Positions 41,058 to 52,399 of a stretch of DNA of 64,000 bases are shown here, piece after piece. Each line of letters begins with the position of its first letter. Within the stretch, counting starts at the first letter, position 1. A model generated the notes under the pieces. The model was not told the origin of the DNA, ran no database searches, and was given only the letters and a program-made list of their open reading frames with translations. Origin of the DNA: Dechloromonas sp. (GTDB lineage: Bacteria; Pseudomonadota; Gammaproteobacteria; Burkholderiales; Rhodocyclaceae); the NCBI GenBank assembly GCA_008933675.1, contig WBUO01000001.1, positions 19,239 through 83,238 of the forward strand, given 5' to 3'. Position numbers and translations under genes: made by a program.

Positions 41058-41830
41058 CAGGAAGCCTCTCCGGCATCGCCGGGACGGGCTCGCTGCGCCT
41101 GCTGCCAGCCGAGCACGGCCTGCGTGGAGTAGGCCATGATGGCCTGATAGCGCTCACCGGGTAACGCGTGCTGCAGCGCGGCGAAAAGCTGCTGCGTGCC
41201 TTCCGCCGCCATCGGCGGCACGCCGCCGGTGAGCAGGGAAATCTGCATGCTGGCCAGGGCGTCGGCCAGCAGGCGCCAACCCAGGGTCGGCATTTTCCCG
41301 TTGAGACCAAGCATCATGCTGCCCAGGGCCTGCACGATGCCGCCGACCTGTTCGCTCGTTTCGCAAGCCGCCATGGCATGCCACAGCGCCAGATGTATCG
41401 CGCGCCGCAACGCGATCTTGAAGTCGATGACGGCTGCCTCGTCTTCGTTGATGGCGGCGAAATATTGCTGGAACCGGGCATCGGCGCCGGCATCGAGTCG
41501 GGTGCGCAGGCCGCCGATGAGAACCGTCAGGTCGGGAATCGCCTGCAAGCGGAAAGCCTGGGTATAGGCCAGCCCCCACTGATCCATGCCGCTGACCAGC
41601 AGGGCCAGGCGCAGGGCTCTGGCCTCGTCGCTGCCTGCCGCCTGGCACCAGTTGAAGCAGCGCGCCGCCGCCTCGCCGAGCGCCCCCTGGTCTGCTGCCT
41701 CATCCGCCGCAACGGCCAGGCGGAAGGCACCGGCAAAGGCATCCTGCGCCATCCGGGCAGCCAGGCGCTGGGTTTCCGTATCGGCCAGCGCGGCAAATTG
41801 ATCGGTCGGAATGTCGGCTGAAGTACTCAT
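41057..41830 (-). CDS. Hypothetical all-helical protein, coupled to ubiA
   Basis: 257-aa ORF with host-like codon usage and a 1-bp overlap with the ubiA start; no recognised motif. Confidence 0.7.
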   Translation of the reverse strand: MSTSADIPTDQFAALADTETQRLAARMAQDAFAGAFRLAVAADEAADQGALGEAAARCFNWCQAAGSDEARALRLALLVSGMDQWGLAYTQAFRLQAIPDLTVLIGGLRTRLDAGADARFQQYFAAINEDEAAVIDFKIALRRAIHLALWHAMAACETSEQVGGIVQALGSMMLGLNGKMPTLGWRLLADALASMQISLLTGGVPPMAAEGTQQLFAALQHALPGERYQAIMAYSTQAVLGWQQAQRARPGDAGEAS

Positions 41831-41896
41831 CTCGGATCGGTGGCCAAAGGTGGCAATTTTAGCGGGCCGACCGCCCGAACGGGCGAGTCGGACAGG

Positions 41897-43777
41897 CTAT
41901 TTGACCGAGCCCCGCAGCTCGCCGACCCTGGCCTGCAGCGATTCGGGCGTCACCGTCGCCGGGGCCAGCGCTTTGCCGACCCGCAAGGCGATCGGCGAGA
42001 ACAGGCCGCGCCGGAAGGGGGTCTTCATCGCCTCGCCGTCGATGCGCGAGAAATAGCTGCCCCACAGCCCGGACAGCGCCATCGGCACGACCGGCACCGG
42101 ATTGGCGGCAAGGATGCGCGCAATGCCCGGACGGAAAGGCTGCAACTCGCCGTCGCGGGTGATGTTGCCCTCAGGGAAGATGCCGACCAGTTCGCCGTTG
42201 GCCAGCGCCTGCGAAACGTCGGCGAAGGCCTTGTCCATCAGCGCCGGATCATCCCTGGCCGAGGCGATGGGAATCGCGCCGCCGTGGCGGAAGACAAACC
42301 CGAGCAAGGGCGTGCGGAAGATGCGGTGATCCATGACGAAACGGATCGGCCGCGGCGAGGCCCCCATCAGGATCACCGCATCGGCGAAACTGACGTGGTT
42401 GGCGACCAGCACCGCCGGCCCGTCGAGCGGGATGTGTTCGACGCCCTCGCTGCGCAACCGGTACACGGCCTTGACCAGCAGCCAGGCAATGAAGCGCAGC
42501 AGGAATTCCGGCACCAACCCGTAGATGTACACCGCTACCGCCGCGTTGAGCAATGCTGCGATGCCGAACAGCGCGGGAATCGACAACCCCGCCCCCAGTG
42601 CCGCGGCGGCGCCGAGCGCGCCGACGACCATGAACAGGGCATTGACGATATTGTTGGCAGCGATGATCCGCGCCCGGTGGCTGGCCTCGCTGCGTGTCTG
42701 CACCAAGGCGTACAGCGGCACGATGAAGAAGCCGCCGAAGACACCGAGCATCAGCAGGTCGAACAACACACGCCAGATCGCCGGGATACTGAGCAGAACC
42801 GTCAGTTCATGCGCGGTCGCACCGGCCAGGCCAGCCGGCGAAGCAAAGTACAGGTCCAGGCCGAACAGCGTCAGGCCGATCGAACCGAAGGGCACCAGGC
42901 CGATCTCGACGTGCTTGCCCGACATCCGCTCGCAGAGCAGCGAACCGAGGCCGATGCCGACCGTGAAAATGGCCAGCAGCAGGGTCACCATCGACTCGCC
43001 GCCGCCCAGCACGTTCTTCGTGTAGGCGGGAAACTGGGCGAGGAACAGGGCACCGTATAGCCAGAACCAGGAGATGCCGAGAATCGACAGGAATACCGTA
43101 CGGTTGCCGCTGGCGAAACGGATGCTGCGCCAGGTTTCGGTCAGCGGATTGAGATTGACCTGCAGCTCCGGCGCCGGCGGCGGGGCCTCCGGAATGCCGC
43201 GGCTGTACAGATAGCCGAGTACGGCGACGGCCAGCCCGCCGACGGCGATCCACATCGGCTGCGCCACCGCTCCCGCCAGCAAGCCGCCGGCCAACGTGCC
43301 GACCAGGATGGCGACGAAGGTGCCGGCCTCGATCAGTGCGTTGCCGCCGACCAGTTCGTCCTCGTGCAGATGCTGCGGCAGGATCGCGTACTTGACCGGA
43401 CCGAACAGCGTCGATTGCAGGCCGAGCAGGAACAGCGCGGCAAGCAGCCAGCCCAGGCTGTGCAGCCAGAAGCCGGCTGCGGCGATGCCCATGATGATGA
43501 CCTCCAGCACCTTCGACAGACGCGCCAGCCAGGCCTTGTCGTACTTGTCGGCAAGTTGGCCGGCTGTGGCCGAGAAGAGGAAGAAGGGCAGGATGAACAA
43601 CCCGGCCGCCAGATTGGCCAGCACTTCGGGCGCCAGCGTCGTCCATTGCGCCGCCTGGAAAGTCAGCAGCACGACCAGGGCGTTCTTGTACAGGTTGTCG
43701 TTGAAGGCGCCCAGGAACTGCGTCCCGAACAGCGGTGCGAAGCGCTTTTCCCTGAGAAGTGCGAATTGTCCGCTCAT
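41897..43777 (-). CDS. LplT-like MFS transporter fused to a PlsC-type acyltransferase
   Basis: TQFLGAFNDNLYK N-terminus, about 12 TMs, then NHVSFAD and FPEG acyltransferase motifs. Confidence 0.88.
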   Translation of the reverse strand: MSGQFALLREKRFAPLFGTQFLGAFNDNLYKNALVVLLTFQAAQWTTLAPEVLANLAAGLFILPFFLFSATAGQLADKYDKAWLARLSKVLEVIIMGIAAAGFWLHSLGWLLAALFLLGLQSTLFGPVKYAILPQHLHEDELVGGNALIEAGTFVAILVGTLAGGLLAGAVAQPMWIAVGGLAVAVLGYLYSRGIPEAPPPAPELQVNLNPLTETWRSIRFASGNRTVFLSILGISWFWLYGALFLAQFPAYTKNVLGGGESMVTLLLAIFTVGIGLGSLLCERMSGKHVEIGLVPFGSIGLTLFGLDLYFASPAGLAGATAHELTVLLSIPAIWRVLFDLLMLGVFGGFFIVPLYALVQTRSEASHRARIIAANNIVNALFMVVGALGAAAALGAGLSIPALFGIAALLNAAVAVYIYGLVPEFLLRFIAWLLVKAVYRLRSEGVEHIPLDGPAVLVANHVSFADAVILMGASPRPIRFVMDHRIFRTPLLGFVFRHGGAIPIASARDDPALMDKAFADVSQALANGELVGIFPEGNITRDGELQPFRPGIARILAANPVPVVPMALSGLWGSYFSRIDGEAMKTPFRRGLFSPIALRVGKALAPATVTPESLQARVGELRGSVK

Positions 43778-45009
43778 GAGCGTTTGCCCGAGAAAATGCG
43801 GCGGGTATTGAAGACCGCCGGCGAGAAGGAATGTCCCTGCCAGTTGAGCAGGCGCTTGAGGACGAAATCGAAGAGCAGCGGGTTATGCTCGCGTAGCGTA
43901 TCGAGGTCGGCAACCGCCGCCTTCGGCAACAGCCCGGCACGGGCCAGCGTCGCCGACGAAATCAGCGGCAGGATGCCCGGCAGCGGATAGTCGGAACCGT
44001 GCAGCAGGCGTTCGTGCAGGTCTCGGCGTTCGAGCAGGGTACGGATCACTGCCGGCTGACGGTTGCGCAGCGTGATCGCCGAGACATCGCCGTACAGCAA
44101 ATCCCTGGCGCGCGGTTCGGCCATCGCCTTGAGGAAAAGTTCGAAGCTCGGGCGTAGCGCACCATCGTCGTCGATATCCGTGCCCATCGTCGCGCAGTGG
44201 GCGACGACGATCCTGACGCCGAGATCAAGCGCCCGGCGCAGGCGCAAGGGGTTGCCGAAGGCCTGCGTGTCGCTGCCCTTGACCGCCTTTTCCTCGCCGC
44301 AATGGACGATCAGCGGCACGCCGCTGGCGGCCAGCTCACGGTAGAAGGCATCGCATTTCGCATCCGCCGGGTCCATGCCCTGTGCTGCCGGCAGCCACTT
44401 GACCGCCCGCGCACCGCCGGCGATCGCCAGTTTCAGGTCGTCGACCGCCGTCGCATGGTAGGGATGCAAGGAGGCGACCCACTCGAAACGCGCCGGAAAA
44501 TCGCGCGCCAGCTTGGCCGCCCAGGCATTTGGCACATAGAAGGCCGAATGCTCCGGATGCGCCTGGCCGGCCGTATCGTGGAAACGCTCGAAGGCAAAGA
44601 GCATGACCTTGAAGCCGGCCGGCATGGCATCGCACAGGTTGAGCAAACGGGCGACGTAGGCAGCATCGACGGCGCCTGCCGCGTCATGGGCACAACCGGC
44701 GTTCATGTAGAACAGGCGCTGCGCGTACTGCACCGGCTGCAGCGGCGACGACAGCTGCGGCCCGATCTCGATGCCGCTGCCGCCATCGCCCAGCCCGGCC
44801 AGATGCACGTGGCAGTCCCACAGACCGGCCGGATCGATACCGGCCCAGGCCTGCTTCAGCCACGGGCTGTCGAGCAGGCGGACCGGGATGGCGGCACGAC
44901 AGGGATTGACGACGACCGGCCGGGCCAGGCTGACGCCGGCTGCGGCGACGGCGGCCGTACCGGCGAGCAGGCCGAGCATTCGGCGGCGTTGCGGATTGAA
45001 CGTGGTCAT
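43774..45009 (-). CDS. Amidohydrolase-family metalloenzyme with a Tat-like signal
   Basis: PQRRRMLGLL leader, DCHVH, VHCGEE, AHCA and HGSDYP motifs. Confidence 0.82.
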   Translation of the reverse strand: MTTFNPQRRRMLGLLAGTAAVAAAGVSLARPVVVNPCRAAIPVRLLDSPWLKQAWAGIDPAGLWDCHVHLAGLGDGGSGIEIGPQLSSPLQPVQYAQRLFYMNAGCAHDAAGAVDAAYVARLLNLCDAMPAGFKVMLFAFERFHDTAGQAHPEHSAFYVPNAWAAKLARDFPARFEWVASLHPYHATAVDDLKLAIAGGARAVKWLPAAQGMDPADAKCDAFYRELAASGVPLIVHCGEEKAVKGSDTQAFGNPLRLRRALDLGVRIVVAHCATMGTDIDDDGALRPSFELFLKAMAEPRARDLLYGDVSAITLRNRQPAVIRTLLERRDLHERLLHGSDYPLPGILPLISSATLARAGLLPKAAVADLDTLREHNPLLFDFVLKRLLNWQGHSFSPAVFNTRRIFSGKRS

Positions 45010-47147
45010 GCGGCCTCCGCCATCTGCTTCAGCGTCACATAGTCGATCTTGCCGGTGCCGAGCAACGGCAGTGCCTCGACCACCTTGATCTTGCGCGGCA
45101 CCGCCAGCTCCGGCAGGCCGAGCTCGCGCGCTTTCGCCGCCAGCGCCTCGCGGCTCAGGGCCGGATCGGTGGTGAACAGTACCAGAGCCTCGCCCTTGCT
45201 TTCGTCGGGCTGACTGGATGCCGCGTGCGGCTTGTCCGGCGCGGTGGCGACGGCGAGTTTCTCGACGACTTCGAGGCTGACCATCTCGCCGGCGATCTTG
45301 GCGAAGCGCTTGACCCGGCCGACGATTCTGACGAAGCCTTCATCGTCGATGCTGACGACGTCGCCCGTTTCATACCAGCCATCACCGGCAGCGGAAACCG
45401 GCGGCTGCAGCACGCCCGGCTGTTCGGCCTTGAGGTAGCCGGCCATGACGTTGGGACCGCGCACATGCAGGATGCCGCCATTGTCGATGCCTGGCACCGG
45501 CACCAGCCTGTGCTCGATACCCGGCAGCAGGTTGCCGACGGTGCCGGTTTTGTAGGCCATCGGCGTATTCACCGCCAGCACCGGCGCCGTCTCGGTGGCG
45601 CCGTAACCTTCGAAGATGCGCACACCGAACTTCTCGAACCACTGGCTGCGCACCGCCTCGGAGAGCTTCTCCGCCCCGGCGACGACGTAGCGTAACCGGT
45701 AGAAGTCGTAGGGATGGGCAAACTTGGCGTAATTGCCAAGGAAGGTCGAGGTGCCGAACAGCACGGTGCAGTTGCGGTCGTAGGCGACTTCCGGAATCAC
45801 CCGGTAATGCAGCGGCGACGGGTAGAGGAAGAGGTTGGCGCCGGTCAGCACCGGCAGCAGCGCGCCGGCAGTGAGACCGAAACTGTGGAAGATGGGCAGC
45901 GCGTTCAACACCTTGTCGTCGACCGAGAAGTCGATGACCGCGCGGATCTGGGCGATGTTGGCGAGGATCGCCCGGTGTGGCAGCACGACGCCTTTCGGCT
46001 TGCCCTCGGAACCCGAGGTAAACAGTACAACCGCCGCTGCTTCGGGCGAGGCATGCAGCTCGAAGGCATGCGGGAAGCGCAAGCCCCACAGCACCAGCCA
46101 CAGCTTGTCGCCCAGGCCGATGCGCTCGCGGATATCCTCCAGGTAGAGCAGTTCGACGCCGCGCAGCCCGGCCAGCTTGTCGCCGAGCTTGGCCTGCTCG
46201 ACGAAGGCGCGCGAGGTGACCACCGTCTTCACCTCGGCAGCATCGCAAGCGGCCTGCATGGCATCGGTGCCGGCAGTGTAGTTGAGCATCGCCGGCACGC
46301 GCTTGCGGGCGGTGAGCCCGAAGATCAGGCCGATGGTCGGCACCAGGTTGGGCAACAACAGGCCGACCTTCTCGCCCGGTGCCGACACGCGCTCGATCTG
46401 CCGACCGAGGATCAGGGCCATCTTCAGCAGGTCGTTATACGAATACTCGATCTGCTTGACGTCCTCGAGCAGACGCCGGCTGCGCCCGTACACCGTGGCC
46501 GCATCGCACAGTGCGCCGAACAGGGTCTGTGTCGGGCGCGAGGCGAAAATCATCTCCTGCATCAGCTTGCGCATCTGCTCGCCGGCCCGCCGCCGACGCA
46601 ATTTGGCAGTGGCCGCTTCCGGCATCGGAAAATGCGCCTCCGGCAGCACGGTCAGGCGGATCTTCGGGAAAACCTCTTTCGGATACTTGCCGGACAGCCG
46701 CGAGAAGTAGGAGCGCGACGCGCCGTCCAGACGCACCGGGATCACCGTTGCGCCCGTCTTCGCGGCAACAAAGGCGGGACCGTCGTAAACCTTCATCAGC
46801 GAACCGGTCTGGGTGATCCGTCCTTCCGGGAAAATGACCACCGGCCGACCGGATTCGATCAGGCGGATCACATGCTTCATCGCCATCGGACTGGTCGGAT
46901 CGACTGCTAGGTAATCAACCTGCGACAGCAGCAGGCGGAAATACCAGCGCCGGACAACGCCAGTGTGTACGACGAAAACCGGATCGATCGGCAGGAACAG
47001 CCCAAGCAGCAAACCATCGAGAAAGGACTCGTGGTTGGCGACGACAAGCAGGCGTTGATGCGAGAAGTCCGACTGATGGAAACGGACATCAACACGAAAG
47101 AACAGCATGGCCAGTGCCCGCAGCAACGGCCGCAGCAAGTTACGCAT
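45006..47147 (-). CDS. aas: Bifunctional 2-acyl-GPE acyltransferase / acyl-ACP synthetase
   Basis: NHESFLDG and FPEGRIT acyltransferase motifs, plus FTSGSEGKPKG, EGYGATE and TGD adenylation motifs. Confidence 0.92.
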   Translation of the reverse strand: MRNLLRPLLRALAMLFFRVDVRFHQSDFSHQRLLVVANHESFLDGLLLGLFLPIDPVFVVHTGVVRRWYFRLLLSQVDYLAVDPTSPMAMKHVIRLIESGRPVVIFPEGRITQTGSLMKVYDGPAFVAAKTGATVIPVRLDGASRSYFSRLSGKYPKEVFPKIRLTVLPEAHFPMPEAATAKLRRRRAGEQMRKLMQEMIFASRPTQTLFGALCDAATVYGRSRRLLEDVKQIEYSYNDLLKMALILGRQIERVSAPGEKVGLLLPNLVPTIGLIFGLTARKRVPAMLNYTAGTDAMQAACDAAEVKTVVTSRAFVEQAKLGDKLAGLRGVELLYLEDIRERIGLGDKLWLVLWGLRFPHAFELHASPEAAAVVLFTSGSEGKPKGVVLPHRAILANIAQIRAVIDFSVDDKVLNALPIFHSFGLTAGALLPVLTGANLFLYPSPLHYRVIPEVAYDRNCTVLFGTSTFLGNYAKFAHPYDFYRLRYVVAGAEKLSEAVRSQWFEKFGVRIFEGYGATETAPVLAVNTPMAYKTGTVGNLLPGIEHRLVPVPGIDNGGILHVRGPNVMAGYLKAEQPGVLQPPVSAAGDGWYETGDVVSIDDEGFVRIVGRVKRFAKIAGEMVSLEVVEKLAVATAPDKPHAASSQPDESKGEALVLFTTDPALSREALAAKARELGLPELAVPRKIKVVEALPLLGTGKIDYVTLKQMAEAA

Positions 47148-47458
47148 CAGGTGTTTTCCTTGAGGTAGTCGAGGACGTTGGTGAACGTGGATTCCAGTGC
47201 CGAACGATCGATCCAGAACCAGACCTCCTTGCCGATCTTCTCGGAAGCCAGGACGCCGGATTCATGCAGCACCTTCAGATGATGGGAGACAGTCGACCGC
47301 GCCAGCGTCGACACGTCGGCGATCTGCCCGACGTTGAGCCGCTCCCCCGGCTCGAACAGCAACAGGATGCGCTGGCGATGCTCATCGCCCAACGCCAGGA
47401 AGATCCGCGACATGGCGGCCCACTCGGGAGGAATGGCTCGGGTGTAGTTCGTTTTCAT
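47147..47458 (-). CDS. ArsR/SmtB-family repressor
   Basis: ALGDEHRQRIL...STVSHHLKVL..SG winged helix; no Cys residues. Confidence 0.88.
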   Translation of the reverse strand: MKTNYTRAIPPEWAAMSRIFLALGDEHRQRILLLFEPGERLNVGQIADVSTLARSTVSHHLKVLHESGVLASEKIGKEVWFWIDRSALESTFTNVLDYLKENT

Positions 47459-47495
47459 ATCGACGATCTTAGTTATATCGATATGTTTTCGTCAA
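47456..47495 (-). promoter_or_regulatory. sigma70 promoter with overlapping inverted-repeat operator (probably leaderless)
   Basis: TTGACG (47495-47490)-N18-TAAGAT (47471-47466); dyad catatcga-N14-tcgatatg (47456-47485) covers the ATG. Confidence 0.6.
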
Positions 47496-47612
47496 GCCGG
47501 CTGCCAACATTTTTTCTGGCCGCTCGTTGCTCAGGGCCTTCTACTGGAATCGGCATCGCCGGGGAGAGTGCTGCGCACAGGAGCGCAACAGAGAATCTGA
47601 ACCCTGAAAAGC

Positions 47613-47636
47613 AAAAAGCCAACCTGGAGGTTAGCT
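47613..47636 (-). terminator. Terminator downstream of tRNA-Arg
   Basis: agctaacct / aggttggct stem followed by a T-tract on the minus strand. Confidence 0.65.
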
Positions 47637-47651
47637 GAATGCAAGGTTCTT

Positions 47652-47728
47652 TGGCGCGCCCGGAGCGATTCGAACGCCCGACCCTCTGGTTCGTAGCCAG
47701 ATACTCTATCCAACTGAGCTACGGGCGC
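47652..47728 (-). tRNA. tRNA-Arg (ACG)
   Basis: Reverse complement GCGCCCGTAGCTCAGTTGGATAGAG...CTACGAA...GTTCGAATC...CCA, 77 nt. Confidence 0.97.
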
Positions 47729-48124
47729 GCTGAAAGAGACGCGCATTATACGGATAGCCGGCAAAAAGGCCAGCCAATTCTTGCGACCGACGCTGATGAG
47801 CGACGCGCCCCAAAATGCCCGTGGCGCTGCCAGCGACTTGCGGGCGACTGGCGTGACTGCGCAGGCCTCGGCTGGTTGAGCCATCGCCGCCCCAGAGTTG
47901 CCGCCGCGTCAAAACCTTTCGCCGGCAGCCCCGTGTCATCATGACCATCCTCGTTGAAAGACGTTACCACCGTGCGCCTGCCGACAGCGCCTCCGGGAGG
48001 ATCAAGGGTAAGGTTCAACTCGCGCAATCTGCAGCGGTTTGTCGGCCCCCGATCTGCACCCGGAGCGGCAGGCTGGCTGCCGTTGGCGCCGGGCCGACGG
48101 TCTTGCCCGCAGGGCCCGTGGTGC

Positions 48125-48592
48125 TCAGGCGATCTCCCAGAAGTGGACGACCCGAGGATGCAAGGTCTCGGCAGCAACACAAAGGGCGGCAGCGTTCCTG
48201 CCGTCGACCACGGCAATACTGCCCCCCGCCGGGCCGGTACCCTGGACGAAGGCAACGATGCCGCGGCGGCCGAACAGCCGGTAGGCCACGTCGGCCAGCC
48301 CCTTGCCGACAGCCAGGACTTCCGGCGCGCGATGTCGCGTGGCGAGCCATTCGGCAAGGCGGTTCGGGGCGTTCTCCAGCTTGCGTCCGGCCAGCGCTCC
48401 ATTCTCTATTTTCAGCGGCCCGCTGAGCTGGACACCGGCGCCGACCAGGGCCAGGCTGGTCAGGATGGCACCGTTGCCTGCCCGCGCCATGGCGGATTCC
48501 GGGCAGCCAAGGGTTTCGCGGAGGGCGGCCGCGGTCATGCCGGCGTAGTGACGATGAGCGGCGGCCAGGGTGGCGTAATTGAGGTTGAGCAT
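48125..48592 (-). CDS. Tae4-like T6SS amidase-effector homolog, apparently lacking catalytic Cys/His
   Basis: N.AI..SLAL.GAG, GRRGIV.F, GGxI.VVDG and the terminal FW resemble the Tae4 layout; located 29 bp after tssH. Confidence 0.55.
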   Translation of the reverse strand: MLNLNYATLAAAHRHYAGMTAAALRETLGCPESAMARAGNGAILTSLALVGAGVQLSGPLKIENGALAGRKLENAPNRLAEWLATRHRAPEVLAVGKGLADVAYRLFGRRGIVAFVQGTGPAGGSIAVVDGRNAAALCVAAETLHPRVVHFWEIA

Positions 48593-48621
48593 GCTGTTTA
48601 CTCCAGGACGGGGATGGATGC

Positions 48622-51324
<2,703 letters not shown>

Positions 51325-51334
51325 CGTTGTTTCT

Positions 51335-52399
51335 TCAATGGATGGAATGGGTGAGGTAACGGGTATCGCTGCGATCCCGCGTTTCCGGCCGGGTCAGCAG
51401 AAAGCTGTCGTAGCCGAGGCGGCCGCCTGGCCCGCCACCGAGCGCCAGTGGCTGGACATCGGCGGCCCGCAGGATGGGACGGATTTCATATTCGAACTGG
51501 CCACCGGTCGCCAGCGTCAGCAGCTTTTCCAGGGCAGCCGCCACGTCGCCGCGCGGCAGGAAGGCCATATAGCGTTCGTAGCTGAGCGGGCCAATATGGA
51601 TACGGATGCGCAGATTGCGCTGCCAGACACGCTCGCCGGCCAGCACGTTCTGGCCAAGCACGGCATTGCGCCCGCCGAGAGTCGAGCGCTGCTCGCCCGG
51701 CACGACATACCAGCGGCCGACGAATTGCTCGATGAGCACCTTCTCGCGGAAATAGCCGCCGAGGGCGCGCGACAGGGTTTCGGCGGATACCGGACGCTGC
51801 CTCAGCAGGCCGGCAATATAGGCAACCGATTCATCGTCGACGGCGCCCGGGCCCCGGTTCATGCGTTCGCGCAACGCGTCGAAGCCGAGACCGGTCAACG
51901 AAAGGAGCAGGGGCAGGAAGCGATTGCGCCTTTCCGTCTCATACTGGATGGCCAGCCGGTACTTCTTCCAGGCCCGGTAGAAATGACTGACCGCGCGATT
52001 GCTGAAGAGATCGAGAAAGGCGCGCCCCGAGGTGTCGCGCTTGAAACGTTCGCGATGGATGACCTGTTCGGTGTAATGAATGGGCAACGTTCCATTGACC
52101 CCGAGCATGCCCATGAAACGTGGTGTGATCTCAACCTGCTCCAGTTCGCCGGTTTCCCGCCCCTCGGCATCGCGCCGATAGCGCGGCAGCATCGCTTCGA
52201 CCTGGCTGGGAGCGAAACCGAGGCCCAGCGAATTGCGGAAACGGATGCGCTCACCGACGCTGTCGGCCATCGCCGTGCGTCCCTGGCGGCGAAAGACGAT
52301 CTCGTACAGGCGCACCAGTTGAAAGAACTCGTAGCGCTCCGGCTCCTGCAGACTGTGTTCGACTAGCCCAGGATCGACTCGCCGTTGCGGGGTGCGCAT
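51335..52399 (-). CDS. tssG: T6SS baseplate subunit TssG
   Basis: YEFFQLVRL, RFRNSLGLGFAPSQV and FLDLFSNR motifs; start inferred. Confidence 0.9.
   Translation of the reverse strand: MRTPQRRVDPGLVEHSLQEPERYEFFQLVRLYEIVFRRQGRTAMADSVGERIRFRNSLGLGFAPSQVEAMLPRYRRDAEGRETGELEQVEITPRFMGMLGVNGTLPIHYTEQVIHRERFKRDTSGRAFLDLFSNRAVSHFYRAWKKYRLAIQYETERRNRFLPLLLSLTGLGFDALRERMNRGPGAVDDESVAYIAGLLRQRPVSAETLSRALGGYFREKVLIEQFVGRWYVVPGEQRSTLGGRNAVLGQNVLAGERVWQRNLRIRIHIGPLSYERYMAFLPRGDVAAALEKLLTLATGGQFEYEIRPILRAADVQPLALGGGPGGRLGYDSFLLTRPETRDRSDTRYLTHSIH

Noticed and set aside
47730-48124. Immunity gene downstream of the Tae4-like ORF
   Set aside because: ORFs there (e.g. 47706-47948, 47941-48426) lack a signal peptide and coding-like composition, and one overlaps the tRNA.
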